A stretch of DNA of 63,613 nt, filler included, from Cystobasidiomycetes sp. EMM_F5 (Eukaryota), in assembly GCA_051047955.1 (NCBI GenBank). It is 38 parts of 38 records of this genome, joined end to end, with 100 filler letters (N's around TTAATTAATTAA, not from the genome) between each part and the next. Parts side by side here need not be neighbours in the genome. Positions count along the whole stretch, not along the records: positions 12,981 to 14,885 come from JBPGPT010000126.1; positions 14,986 to 16,846 come from JBPGPT010000127.1; positions 16,947 to 18,698 come from JBPGPT010000128.1; positions 18,799 to 20,540 come from JBPGPT010000129.1; positions 20,641 to 22,347 come from JBPGPT010000130.1; positions 22,448 to 24,136 come from JBPGPT010000131.1; positions 24,237 to 25,894 come from JBPGPT010000132.1; 31 more parts are not named here. The stretch is one strand, 5' to 3'. Positions 12,981 to 25,994 of the stretch are shown piece after piece. Made by a program: the position numbers and the translations under genes. The stretch's first letter is position 1, and each line of letters starts with the position of its first letter. A model generated the notes under the pieces. It did no database searches. It saw only the letters and a list, made by a program, of their open reading frames with translations, and was not told the DNA's origin.

Positions 12981-14175
12981 ACAACGTGCATGGAGACTTA
13001 TTCTTCTGTCGGAGCTTGCGTGAGGTCTACGGCCATAAATTGAAGAGGACCTGGCAGCTGACCACTTTGTCGAGTGCAGAATTTGCGTTCAGACCGGTCG
13101 TTTGGAGGCTTTGCCCCTGTTCCAGATCATGCGAGGTTAGCCCACAAGATTTCTGAGATTATTCCGGGGCTGAGAATACTAGCGCCTGGTCCACGCGAAC
13201 TGTAGGTCTGAGGGCGCGCATCCATGCTGTACATCCGGAACATCCAGATTATAACTACAATGCGAACGAAGAGTTGAACAGAATATTCGCCCAAAGCTTG
13301 TACTTCTGGCAAGGTTTGATTTTACAGGACTGTCTCAATGTGGACAGCCGCGACTCTTTTCTGGCTGCTTGGCAGCCCGACATCTCAGCGTGGTCCGATC
13401 GGTACCCTGCAGCCAGTAGGTCGATCTGCTGCACTACGCCGTTGCGCTCAAACTAATCCAAAGGGCAGATACCTTCATCCGAATACACAGCCTCAATGTC
13501 CGCATGATACTTTTGCTGATGTCGCTGCGCTTCCGTGCCAATTCGCAGTGCCGCATCCAGGTGCTCAGGGATTGCTGCGACTTGGCTGTAGAGACCATGG
13601 ATGCAGTTGACGTCGCCTATAGCACCTTTTCTGACGACGCTGGCAGTATGGTATACGCCAGCAATTTTGCCGTGACAAATATTGCGTGCGCTGCGGTAGA
13701 CGATTCTTTGTCCGTACGCGGTATATTACTAAGAAACTTTTCGTAGGTACGGCACCATTTTGCTGCTGAAGGTACGTTCATCTGGCGTATCGAGACGACT
13801 TACCTTCTGACGGATATTGGACAGCTGGCCGAGAAAGTCGAAGTGACGCAGCCCGTCGCGATGAGACGCAGATGTCAGCGTATAACATCAGTGCTGGAAT
13901 ATATTGAACTCCGAAGAGCCAATGCGTGCGAAGTTGCCATTCGCAGAACTCTGCCCTCAACTGATCGAAAACGTGCTCGCTGCAGTGAATCTATAGCTGG
14001 TTTGCATGCCCGTAGTATCAAGAGTCTGCTCGCAAAGCAGGAATTTCAATCGACGCGGCTACAGGAGACCTCGCTACTGTTCGACTTAGGGCACCCCCCG
14101 CCGCCAGTTCTCGAGTATCTGAGTGATCTCTACATCGATCCCATGCTCCTATCCTCATTGTATCAGACAGAATGA
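12981..14175 (+). CDS. Probable C-terminal fragment of a fungal transcription factor (spliced)
   Basis: Helical exons QRAWRLILL, CCDLAVETM, MVYASNFAVTNIACAA resemble the neighbouring TF C-terminus (MRCASNYSITHVA); exon boundaries uncertain. Confidence 0.4.
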
Positions 14176-14985
14176 CGTGGCGATGTCTGACGGACGTAAT
14201 CATCGTCACGCTTCCTGTGCCTAATGCATGAAAAGCAAGCTTTGATGGTACTCCTCGAACATCGCGTGGTCGTGCAGACCCTGCGATGACACTGATATGC
14301 CGGACTAGATGCGGCTTACAAGTGTGCGAGCGCTTGGACGATTTCGCGGACCACATGTTTGCGAAGTCTTGACTGAACCCAAGGAGTACATCTGCCCATT
14401 CACCTGCCCGTCTTCGCAATACCCAACACAGCGACTGGGTCTAGCTGACTTTATTGGATGCACACATTCACATTCTTGCTTCACGTACTTGTTGTGCCTC
14501 AACATCTTTGGCACACTCTCCTTCACTTTGTCCACGCGCCACATTCAGGACCGTCCAAACGTGTGACGGCTGGACCATTCTCTGAGCATCTTACCAAGGA
14601 TCCAGAAGGGCACCGCCGGGGCACACACCGCTATGGTGAGACTAGCAAGCGCAACAAAGAATTGACGTAGACCAACAGCCGCGTACCAGTCATTGCTGTT
14701 GTTGAATGCACGTAAGGCCAGAAGAAGAAGCAAGGGCACGCCAAAATGACCCAAAACTCACACATGAATCACAATACCCATGCCGATCAAAGACTTGGCG
14801 AGCACCACCATGCCGACAGCTTCAGCGGCCTGATCTCCAGAGACTTCGCTCACGTAACCAATGATTCCGATCGTACCGGCGCTAANNNNNNNNNNNNNNN
14901 NNNNNNNNNNNNNNNNNNNNNNNNNNNNNTTAATTAATTAANNNNNNNNNNNNNNNNNNNNNNNNNNNNNNNNNNNNNNNNNNNN

Positions 14986-15037
14986 GAAAACACGTTAGTC
15001 GATTGTTGTATGTAGTATAGGTTTGCAAGTGGCGCTC
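14986..15037. repeat. Direct repeat copy 1 (52 bp visible, cut by the contig end); probable split terminal repeat of the YR retrotransposon
   Basis: Identical to 16246-16297. Confidence 0.9.
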
Positions 15038-15091
15038 GGGAGGGTTCTTTTACAACTGATTGCTCGCAATCTTTAAGAGCTACTGGCTACT

Positions 15092-15733
15092 ATGCAAGAA
15101 GCTATGAACGAGCAGAACAATGAGCAGCGCGACGAGGAGGAACCGGTAGAGCTGATGAATACGTCGTGGGCGGGTCTGCTGCCAGCAGATGTGGATCCAA
15201 ATACTCGCGGTGAAGAGTGGGCGAACGTGAAGGTCGCAGCGTTGACGGAGTGTACTCCATGTGTGAGTTCGGGCACCAAGTGTTATACTGACATGCATGA
15301 GAATTCCAAAGGTTGCCTTGGTTGTATTGCCAAAAAAATCCGATGCTATCGAGACGATATGGAAGATACGACCTGGCGTTGGAGATGGTGGGATCTCTTC
15401 ACAATAGCTTGGAATAACGCTCGATACTGGCGGAAGGAGCATCAAAGCAACGCTGATTTGGCTGACGCTTATGATGAAATGGAAGCGGAAATTGTCGAGC
15501 TAGAGCGAGAGCTCCTGCATGAGCGCGCCAAAAATACGCACAACCGAGCCAAAATACGCGATTTGCGCTTCAATTTCAACGCCGAACGTGAAGCTCGACT
15601 AACCAAGCAGGAAGAAGTTGATGTAATGCAGACGATGCTCATGGATCGTGACGTCCCGTTTGATATTATACGCGCCGAGGTAGAAAGGCGACGGCCACAT
15701 GCTCAAATTGTGGCCCGTCGTCGCTGGGCGTAA
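15092..15733 (+). CDS. Intronless 213-aa ORF with a Zn2Cys6-type motif and a coiled coil
   Basis: CTPC-VSSGTK-C-YTDMHENSKG-CLGC-IAKKIR-C = CX2CX6CX10CX2CX6C, followed by a heptad-rich charged helix. Confidence 0.75.
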   Translation: MQEAMNEQNNEQRDEEEPVELMNTSWAGLLPADVDPNTRGEEWANVKVAALTECTPCVSSGTKCYTDMHENSKGCLGCIAKKIRCYRDDMEDTTWRWRWWDLFTIAWNNARYWRKEHQSNADLADAYDEMEAEIVELERELLHERAKNTHNRAKIRDLRFNFNAEREARLTKQEEVDVMQTMLMDRDVPFDIIRAEVERRRPHAQIVARRRWA

Positions 15734-16245
15734 AAAGGTGCGTACTGCAAGCGGCCTCCGCAAGTCGGCGCTAGTGAGGTCTTCCCAGTGCTCAGGGAGG
15801 TGGGAGGGTAGAACAATCAGCTGTCAGTGCGAATGCGCTTAGCTGGCTGACGCTGCCTGCTGACCTGTATGGAACAAGCGCTGTCAGTGCGAGTGCGCTT
15901 AGTTGGCTGGAGCAGAAGCAGGCCTAAGACTCGAGGGGACCCCTTCACACTGCTCACAGCCATACAGGTTGTTTGCGCAAGTGATCCGGCTCGCAGCCTT
16001 TGCTTTTGCGGCCAAAGCGGAGTGCTCTCCTGGGCATTGGCGCGACATGGTGTCATGTCATGTACACACACCCCTCGGTGCTATCCGCTCAGCATGGACG
16101 TCCATGCCGCCATCGGACTTTCTCCGGCAGGGACCTGGCTGACTCTGCTGTCCCTGCTTGCATGGCTTGCTTGCCGGTTAGCTGTGCTAATGACCCTCGA
16201 CGACAGTTTTCACTTGTGTAACCATCGTTCCTCGGTTAAATACGA

Positions 16246-16297
16246 GAAAACACGTTAGTCGATTGTTGTATGTAGTATAGGTTTGCAAGTGGCGCTC
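16246..16297. repeat. Direct repeat copy 2, immediately downstream of the tyrosine recombinase stop
   Basis: Identical to 14986-15037. Confidence 0.9.
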
Positions 16298-16343
16298 TCC
16301 CACCCGTGTATGAGTATGGAAGAGTGGTGAAGTAATTACAAGA

Positions 16344-16846
16344 TCAGAACAGAGGCCCGCTCTGTGCTGCCGCGTGTATCAGAATAGGGTGCAGCCGGAT
16401 ATATGCTTCGAATGCACTGCTGGTCCATCGACCGAGCCGCTTTATGTGCTCTTCCCCTACGCCTTTCATGGCCAGATGGGTGGCTCCACCAGACCGCAGG
16501 GAGTGGCCGGCTACGTCGCAGTCGAAGACCTTTCGCAATTTCCCAAGGTACCACCTTCGTTTAGGAACCAGACCGTCCGCCTTAATGAGCAGAGGACCTA
16601 CGCCGCCGAAGCGCGCGTCGCGGCGAATTAAGTAATGCTCCAAGGCTCGTACCGGGCATATGCTGCTCATGCGCCGTTGCAGTATGCAAACGTTGCCTTG
16701 GAAGAATCTGTCCGCTTTGTGATAGGGTAAGCTGTACGTTGCTTGCGTTTGGGAGACGACAACGGAGCTACGTTGTATTCGTTTCCTTTCTTGATTGCCG
16801 CTATGTCGGTCGCCGTCTACAAGTTCCCCTAGCCTATGAAGAGCGT
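16344..16846 (-). mobile_element. Tyrosine recombinase of a DIRS/Ngaro-type retrotransposon, C-terminal catalytic part
   Basis: Open frame with LHRLGEL (R), YHKAD (K), CPVRAL, GHSLRSGGAT (HxxR), LGRWTSSAFEAYIR (W, Y). Confidence 0.93.
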
Positions 16847-18488
16847 NNNNNNNNNNNNNNNNNNNNNNNNNNNNNNNNNNNNNNNNNNNNTTAATTAATT
16901 AANNNNNNNNNNNNNNNNNNNNNNNNNNNNNNNNNNNNNNNNNNNNTGACACTGAGGAGGATGACGGCGACGCTACGGCCAGCCAAGAGGCAGAAAAGAA
17001 AGATATTCACGTCATCTTCTGAGATGCTTCGTACTTCAAGGCTGGCCGGGTTGTTGAAGAAGCGTGGGGAAACTCTACGCAGCCGCGCGGCGGGACTCAC
17101 CAGCGAACGGGTACCAAGCGCATGACTGGCTGTACTTCATTGCGCATGTTGGATTTCGATGAGAAACCCGCCCTTGCATATGTTTTGCAATCTCTGCTAT
17201 ACTACTGGTACATCTCATCCTTGCAGAATCCGTCATATAATTGCGCGAGCCGCAGGCATTCACAAGCATCATGGCGTGTCAAAGGAGCCTGGTATGGTAT
17301 GCCGATGCACTGGATACGAAACAGGCTCGATAAAAGCACTTTGACAAGCTTCAGGCTGATCGCGTACAAGTATGCAGCATCACGTCAGCGCAGTGCCATC
17401 AATGCTGACGATAATGTATGGAGAGCACCCTCTCTACAACCGTGTTTCTACTTTCAACCGCAGAAAGCTTTATGCCAGAAGCTGTATTCCGATGACGCTC
17501 AGGAGCACCCGCCTTTCTGGGCTTAAATCTGGGTCATCACAAAACGCTTTCTATCGTCTACGTTTGCAATGTTCTAAGATCGAAATCGATCTTAGATATC
17601 GATCTTGAATCTCGTGCAGACATGGGAGTGTGTGGGACTACCGCTGATTCGAATTGTTATACGCATCACCTGTTTTGCAGGGACGAGTCCGCTCCAAACG
17701 GGATGTATGAGGGCTTGGATTTTGAGAATGGTCGAGACTGATGAAGGATACTTGGCTAAAAGATTCGGGCTGCCTTCAAGATCCGGAATGTCTTCCTGGC
17801 TGTTTCCAGTGAGCTCCGGCTACATACCCGCAAGTATCGCTGCACCCAGATTTTGTGTCACGAGCTCAAGCCGAATCTGACGTCTATGGCGGTAAAATAC
17901 ATCCGCTTCACTCCTCCTCAATGGATTTCACACCTGCCCATCAGGATGTCCCGCACAGAATGCACGACAAGACAGGGCCCTGTCGCCTCCAGCAGCAAAT
18001 CCAAAGTTTGAAACATAAACAAGCCGCATCGTCTGTTGCGTTGCGAGGCTGCCGCAATCCAATGTCGGATCTCACGGTCAGTATTCCGGCAACACGTAGC
18101 CTAGATCACACAAGGCACCGAAGCGGACTCTGGACGTAAGGTCGCCGATAAGCTGTCTAGACGAACAGGTTATTGGTGTAGCTGTGTATCAGGCCAAGAA
18201 GCCTATTCTGCCGAAAAGACCATAGTATACATCAAAATATAGTCAAGGACAACAAGCCGGAAAAACGCGAAACGAAGGGCACGAGTAGCAGTAAGCTGTA
18301 CGTCAGCTGTAGATAAGCTATATGGTATGTCACAGTGTCGTTTGCTGGGGAATCATGTGTTGAAAACTATCGAGGAAGGCGGTATTGGGATACTCGGGAT
18401 TCAGCAAGGGCAGCATCGTGCGATATGTAGTTCTAGATATTGATGTTGACAACAATACGGTAAGCCAATTGGGCACAGAGGCTGTGGT

Positions 18489-18665
18489 CTAGCCCCAGGA
18501 TGCTGTCGAGCTATAATTGACAATGAGCACGCCGTCGGTCCCGAAGCACTGCATAAAGTTTCCGTGAGCCTGTATAAAGAATACCTCGGAAACAAACCAC
18601 ACCTTGTATAGATTCGCGACGGTATCACCTGGCGCAGGGCTGAATGCGGCGTTGATGTAGAGAAA
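18489..18665 (-). CDS. ATG12: Ubiquitin-like autophagy protein Atg12, last two exons (18665-18603, 18548-18489)
   Basis: Spliced peptide [40 protein letters not shown], with the terminal WG. Confidence 0.9.
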   Translation of the reverse strand, partial: FLYINAAFSPAPGDTVANLYKVWFVSEVFFIQAHGNFMQCFGTDGVLIVNYSSTASWG

Positions 18666-19972
18666 CTGGGATGTTGACATGTATATAAGCACTTAACANN
18701 NNNNNNNNNNNNNNNNNNNNNNNNNNNNNNNNNNNNNNNNNNTTAATTAATTAANNNNNNNNNNNNNNNNNNNNNNNNNNNNNNNNNNNNNNNNNNNNCG
18801 CATATTCGCTCGCCTCAATACCGATACCTCGCAGGCAATATGAGAGACTTTGCTAAGTATTGTCATTTTGGACTTTCAGCTTGTGGGTGAAGTCAGATTG
18901 GACTGGCAGCGAGCAGGGAGTACGTTGTTTGTAGCGCACGACTTTCTTCTCCCGTCTGCCAGGCATATTTAACGAAGATCTCGGAAGGCAACGGCTGCTG
19001 GAATTACTGGCAGATCTTCAGCACTTGTTCTCACTGCCACGTCGGGCAGCACAACTGGACATGTTCGCTACAAAGATACTCCCAGTAGCTTCATACAAGC
19101 GTGAGATCACATGCATTCTCGGAGGGGAAGCTGAAGGAGAATACGAATCAAGCGGGGCAATTTCACTGCCCCCACATCCGCTTCTGCCAACTGGATGAGT
19201 ACACTTCCGTTAGAGAGTAGAACGACGTGGCTCGGAGTACTCCTGATACCTCGTATCACTTTTTGACTACGCAACCGTCGACTTTTCAGCCGACTCAGCT
19301 CAGGTGCGATACACACGGAGCCGCGAGTAGCTAGCTTACTCTAGATCTAGAGCAATGTCCTAGGCGTTTCCAGCTGAAATCGTCGCCCAGTGGTGTTTAC
19401 GTAAATCAATTCGGCGTACGAGGCCATTGGAAATCCCTGCAGAAATGTTGCTTTGACTGTGCGACAGATACAAGGATGTACTGTAGATCTCGTCATATTG
19501 GGGCAGGATGATCTTCCGTATCGGTCGGGAAGTGCAGGTAGTAGGACGTGGGAAGCATATCTGCACACGCACAGCGTCACAGAGTGCGCAAGCTGTCACC
19601 GACAGTCCGTCTTTAAGCACCCCTATCGGCGGAAGCCTAGCGTGATCACTCAGTCTGACCGCGGGTAATCTTGCATATCACCATAGCTGTAGCCATTGGT
19701 GTTCATCGTACAACTAGTGTCGAGTCCGTACGTGCACGAAGCAAGCCCGCTCGCCGTCAGTCCGAAGTCATTCGAGCCCGATATCGATCGAATGTGCTGA
19801 TTGGAGTAACGTACTGTTCAAGGAAGCATTGTCTCTCCTTACGTCCATCCAATGCACGTCTGCTCACAAACTGCTGCTGTTTTGTGCTCAACGTAGACCA
19901 TAACGCTCCTGACTGTCCACATTCCCGCTTCGCCTTCATCTGCCGCCGAGGACTGACTTCTTCGAAGAAATC

Positions 19973-20540
19973 ATGACGGACAGCGCCGGCACGATTGACA
20001 CCCAGCAGGTAGTGCCGCCAGTCTCCACGAGCACTCCGGCACGGCGGTCAGATACAGTCTGCGTGCTGTGTCATACAAGAAAGGTCAAATGCGATCTCCA
20101 GGTAAGCCACGGTGGACGGCGAGCTCATGCATTAGCTACGTCAATCTCTGACTTGTGCTGCTCAAACCGAAGACTCGACTGCGAAACAGCTTTATGCAAT
20201 GTACAAATTGCGAAAATGCTGGCCAACAGTGTCACAAACGTCCCTCGAATCGCGGCAAGAAACGTAAATTGTTCGACATGCCCGACCTTGTCGTGCCGAA
20301 TTTACCCGTCGAATCTCAGCAGCTGCAATTGTCGACGATCTTGCCTCTGCCTGAGCGCCCTCCAAATGTTTCCGCTCTCGTGACCGGTCCAATTTCGACC
20401 AATGAGCTAGACAATCTTTTAAACACCTGCATCGTCGATGGCAGTGCCGGACCACAGAGCCTACCTGCGCAAGCACCACCTTCGTTGCACACACTCAACG
20501 AAGGACCTGGAGAAAGCTATTCTGGAGACGTCGATACGGG
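19973..20540 (+). CDS. Zn2Cys6 transcription factor N-terminus (intron within the cluster), 3' truncated
   Basis: CVLCHTRKVKC...CTNCENAGQQC followed by the basic stretch RGKKRK. Confidence 0.88.
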
Positions 20541-21032
20541 NNNNNNNNNNNNNNNNNNNNNNNNNNNNNNNNNNNNNNNNNNNNTTAATTAATTAANNNN
20601 NNNNNNNNNNNNNNNNNNNNNNNNNNNNNNNNNNNNNNNNCCAGAGGCGACGGGCCTTGGTCTGCAGTCTCGACGGATGCCTTCTGCTTTCGATGGCGGC
20701 TCACTTTGTCGTCTTCCTGCTCAATAAGCTCGTTGATGAGGGTGATAGCTTTGCGTATACCATCGACAGCAGCAGCTCGCTCTGTTCGCTCCATGATCCC
20801 AGATCAATCGCTATCTCGACGACATGGTTGCGCAGAAGGACAAGCGAATCAATCCAGTACCGGTACCGTAAATCGTCAATTCAATATATGACATATATAG
20901 TCTTGCTGAAGAGCTCCGACGGGACACGGTGCGCCAAAAGGTCTCGTCGAACGGGCGTGTTGCCTACAGCAGTAGTACATTCAGAAATGTCAAGTTGATA
21001 TAATGAGCGCTAGTACTATTGCTGCATACAAT

Positions 21033-21077
21033 GCAGACTATAACGTCGCAGACTATAACGTCGCAGACTATAACGTC
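21033..21077. repeat. 15-bp tandem repeat x3 (GCAGACTATAACGTC)
   Basis: Three exact copies. Confidence 0.95.
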
Positions 21078-21200
21078 CGAGTGCAATGGCTGAATACAGC
21101 GACAGAGCAACCCGTTAGTTGTGCTCGTCACAGTCTGAATACGTATATCAAGCTTTACAAGGCAATCGTAAGCAGCATGTTTGATATGCATCTGTCGTCT

Positions 21201-22347
21201 TTATTCGCGCCTTGACGACACGATCTCGACACTGTCTGACTCCACATTTTCAGATTCTAGCTTGCTGGAAAACTCATCGTGCAGATCTTGCGGGGCAGTT
21301 CCTGGCGCTTCCCTGTCGAAAATCTTCGAGACTTCCTCAATGGTCATCCCCTTTGTCTCCTTTATCAGCAGCCATACGAAGGCGATGAATGCTAATTGCA
21401 CAGCGAGGTAGACGATGTAGTACTTCCAGGTAATTGCTGCTAGCGCAACTGGATTGACCCATTGATTCTTTCGCCATATACGTCAGACGAACGTCGAATG
21501 CAGCACGTTGGGAACTCACAAAGGACACGCTGACAGCCTGGAAGAAGCCGTAGACTGCCATGCCCTTGCTACGAAGGCTGTGAAGGAGCACAAGCGGTCA
21601 GAGTGGTAGGGTAAAACATGAAGTAGACATGGCACATACTGGAATGGCAAGATCTCAGGAATGTCTGCAAAGCAAAGACGATTGTGTGAGCCTCGTAATA
21701 CTCCTGGACGCGGCCAACTTACATAGCGTTGGCAGGATAGTCAGACAAATATCGTAAAAGCCATAGAAGATGTAGAGAAAGGGAATGACCGCAGTTCCCA
21801 ATGCTGCTTCTTTACTATTGGCAAATCCAGCCTAATGACGGAATCCACAGCCTCAATGCTACGCTGCAGCTGAGCATATTCTTTACGGAACTCACCGAAA
21901 GACCGGTGACGACGACGAAGGAAAAGAACATGCCGACAGCGCCGGTAAGCCAGAGCGGACGACGGCCCCATCTTTCCACGAATTGTGCGCCGATTGCTGC
22001 AGCGAGCAAGTTGAACATAGCCAAGCCAGCGTTGATGCCGCCTTGCTGCGCAGCGTTAGTGATTCCCAACAGCCGTAGGATGGGTGCGAGGTAATACGAA
22101 ACGAGACCGTTACCAACGAGCTAGCAGCACGAAGGAATCGCATTCAGCAAGGGACGCGGATCCAGATCTTACCCCAAATTACCTGAGTAGCTGCGCCAAT
22201 TCCAGCTACGACGAAAAAGCGACGGCGGTTGCCCGCGGTCTGGAAGAAAGCTCTGCGACGCACATAAGCATACGTACGGCGCTGCGAGAAAGCACAATTC
22301 CATACTTGTAGCCGTGCTTGGAGGCTTCGAGATCCCTGGCGATTCCG
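21201..22347 (-). CDS. Sugar porter MFS (lactose/cellodextrin permease-like), C-terminal part, spliced
   Basis: GNGLVSYYL, VERWGRRPL, PEILP..LRSKG, NQWVNPVAL, WKYYIVY, KETKGMTIEE. Confidence 0.9.
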
Positions 22348-22447
22348 NNNNNNNNNNNNNNNNNNNNNNNNNNNNNNNNNNNNNNNNNNNNTTAATTAAT
22401 TAANNNNNNNNNNNNNNNNNNNNNNNNNNNNNNNNNNNNNNNNNNNN

Positions 22448-24136
<1,689 letters not shown>

Positions 24137-24236
24137 NNNNNNNNNNNNNNNNNNNNNNNNNNNNNNNNNNNNNNNNNNNNTTAATTAATTAANNNNNNNN
24201 NNNNNNNNNNNNNNNNNNNNNNNNNNNNNNNNNNNN

Positions 24237-24345
24237 GTGAAGTCGAGAGTATGTCGAGTGAGCCAGCCGACTCGAGGTGGGACTCGAGACTCCGAGAGAG
24301 GTTCGAGTTAGGTTCGAGTTACTCCAACTGAGTCGAGGCATGACA
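24237..24345 (-). mobile_element. Ty3/Gypsy family B 3' LTR start (TGTCATG...), preceded by a GGGGGTAC polypurine-tract-like element
   Basis: Follows the pol stop at 24358; the same 55 nt occur at 55223-55277. Confidence 0.88.
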
Positions 24346-24357
24346 GTACCCCCGGGT

Positions 24358-25894
24358 TCAGGCTCGAACTCCGAGAGAGCGGCGAATACGAGCGTAGCCG
24401 GGTTTGTTAGGATACCGGGTGTGAAAGTCTATGACGATGTCGACGGAGGGGTCAAGGTCGGAAGCGGTGATCCAACTGCGGTCTTCGATAGGATAACCTT
24501 CCCAGTGGACAAAGTATTGGAGCTTTCCGTACTTGATCTTCGAGTCCAAGATAGTTTCGACTTGGAAGTTCTCGAAGCCTTCGGCGTCGACGAAAGGATC
24601 AGGAGGTGGGGTAACTTGTCGACCTTCGAGACTGTTTGGATGGTGTTTCTCGAGAAGGGAAACGTGGAAGACGTCGTGTATACGCATTGTGTCAGGTATC
24701 TTGAGCTTGAATGCTCTCACCGATCTTTTGAAGGATCTCGAAGGGTCCTAACTTCTTCGAGTCGAGTTTAGTACTGGGTCTTGCCGTCTTAATGTATTTG
24801 CGGCGAAGCCAGACTCGTTCACCAACTTCGAAAGGTGGAGGCGGAATCCTATGACGATCTGCATACTTCGAGTGTCGCTCTTGGACATCTCGAATGTTAG
24901 ATGAAGCTCGTTCGAGACTGTCTCGAATGTGGTCGAGTCTTCGTTGGGCATCGGGGACACTCGAGTCCTTGACTGTAACGGAGATTCGAGGTTGTATCCA
25001 TAGTTAGCATAGAACGGGGACATGCCTATCGAGGTATGGTACGTGGAGTTGTACGCAAACTCAGCGAATGGAAGAAGGTCATGCCAGTCGTCTTGCTGGT
25101 AGTCACAATAGGTGCGGAGATGTAACTCGATGGATTGATTGATGCGTTCGGTTTGACCGTCGGATTCAGGGTGAAAGGATGTAGATAGATTTGGCTTGAT
25201 GTCGAGAAGCTTGAGAAACTCGGTCCACCAGGCTGATGTGTACTTGGGTCCTCGATCCGAGACGATGTCGTTCGGCAGGCCATGGACTCGAAAGACGTGA
25301 CGCAGGAAGTGGGTAGCGAGGTCTCGGGCTGTGTCCGTACCTTTGGCGGGGAGGAAGATTGCTTGCTTGGTGAGTCGACAGACAAAGACCATGATGCGGT
25401 CGAAGCCTTTCGAGCGTGGTAGATCTTGTATTTCGTCCGTCGAGAGTGAAAGCCAGGGTCCAGAGGGAATAGGAAGAGGTTGAAGGAGTCCGTATTTGGA
25501 GTGATTGTTTGATTTGTTGCGTTGACAAAGGTCGCAGCTTCGAATGTATGATTCGATCCAGGGTTGCATGCGGGGCCAGTAGAAGTTACGTTGTACCAGT
25601 TCGAGAGTCTTAGATTGACCAGGATGACCAGCTTCGATAGCGTCGTGAGCTTGAAGGAGTATCTGAGTCTTGATGTTGTCGGAATCGGGAACGTAGATGA
25701 GGCCATTGCGAAGGAGTAGACCATCTCGAAGTTCGAGTGTATGTCGAGTGTCTTCTCGAAGGTCGTCGAGTGGGGGAGCGGAGTCACGATGGTCTCGAAG
25801 TCTTGTGAGGTCTTCTTGGATAGACGGGTCATGTTCGAGAGCAGCTGGACCCAGGGTAAGATTAAGTTCTAGGCCGTGAAGGGGCAGCTTTTGA
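24358..25894 (-). mobile_element. Ty3/Gypsy family B integrase and chromodomain (one indel near 24990)
   Basis: HDAIEAGH...CDLC, IVSDRG, HPESDGQTER, GPF, HDVFHVSLL, YFVHWEGYPIEDRSW. Confidence 0.95.
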
Positions 25895-25994
25895 NNNNNN
25901 NNNNNNNNNNNNNNNNNNNNNNNNNNNNNNNNNNNNNNTTAATTAATTAANNNNNNNNNNNNNNNNNNNNNNNNNNNNNNNNNNNNNNNNNNNN

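Noticed and set aside
16344..16846. Tyrosine recombinase as a phage/bacterial integrase or a Crypton
   Set aside because: The CPV, HSLRSGGAT and GRW.S.AF..YIR pattern, lack of introns and downstream direct repeats fit DIRS/Ngaro retrotransposons better, although the RT is not on this contig
17573..17596. 11-bp perfect inverted repeat TCTAAGATCGA-AA-TCGATCTTAGA
   Set aside because: Single isolated hairpin with no second copy or functional context
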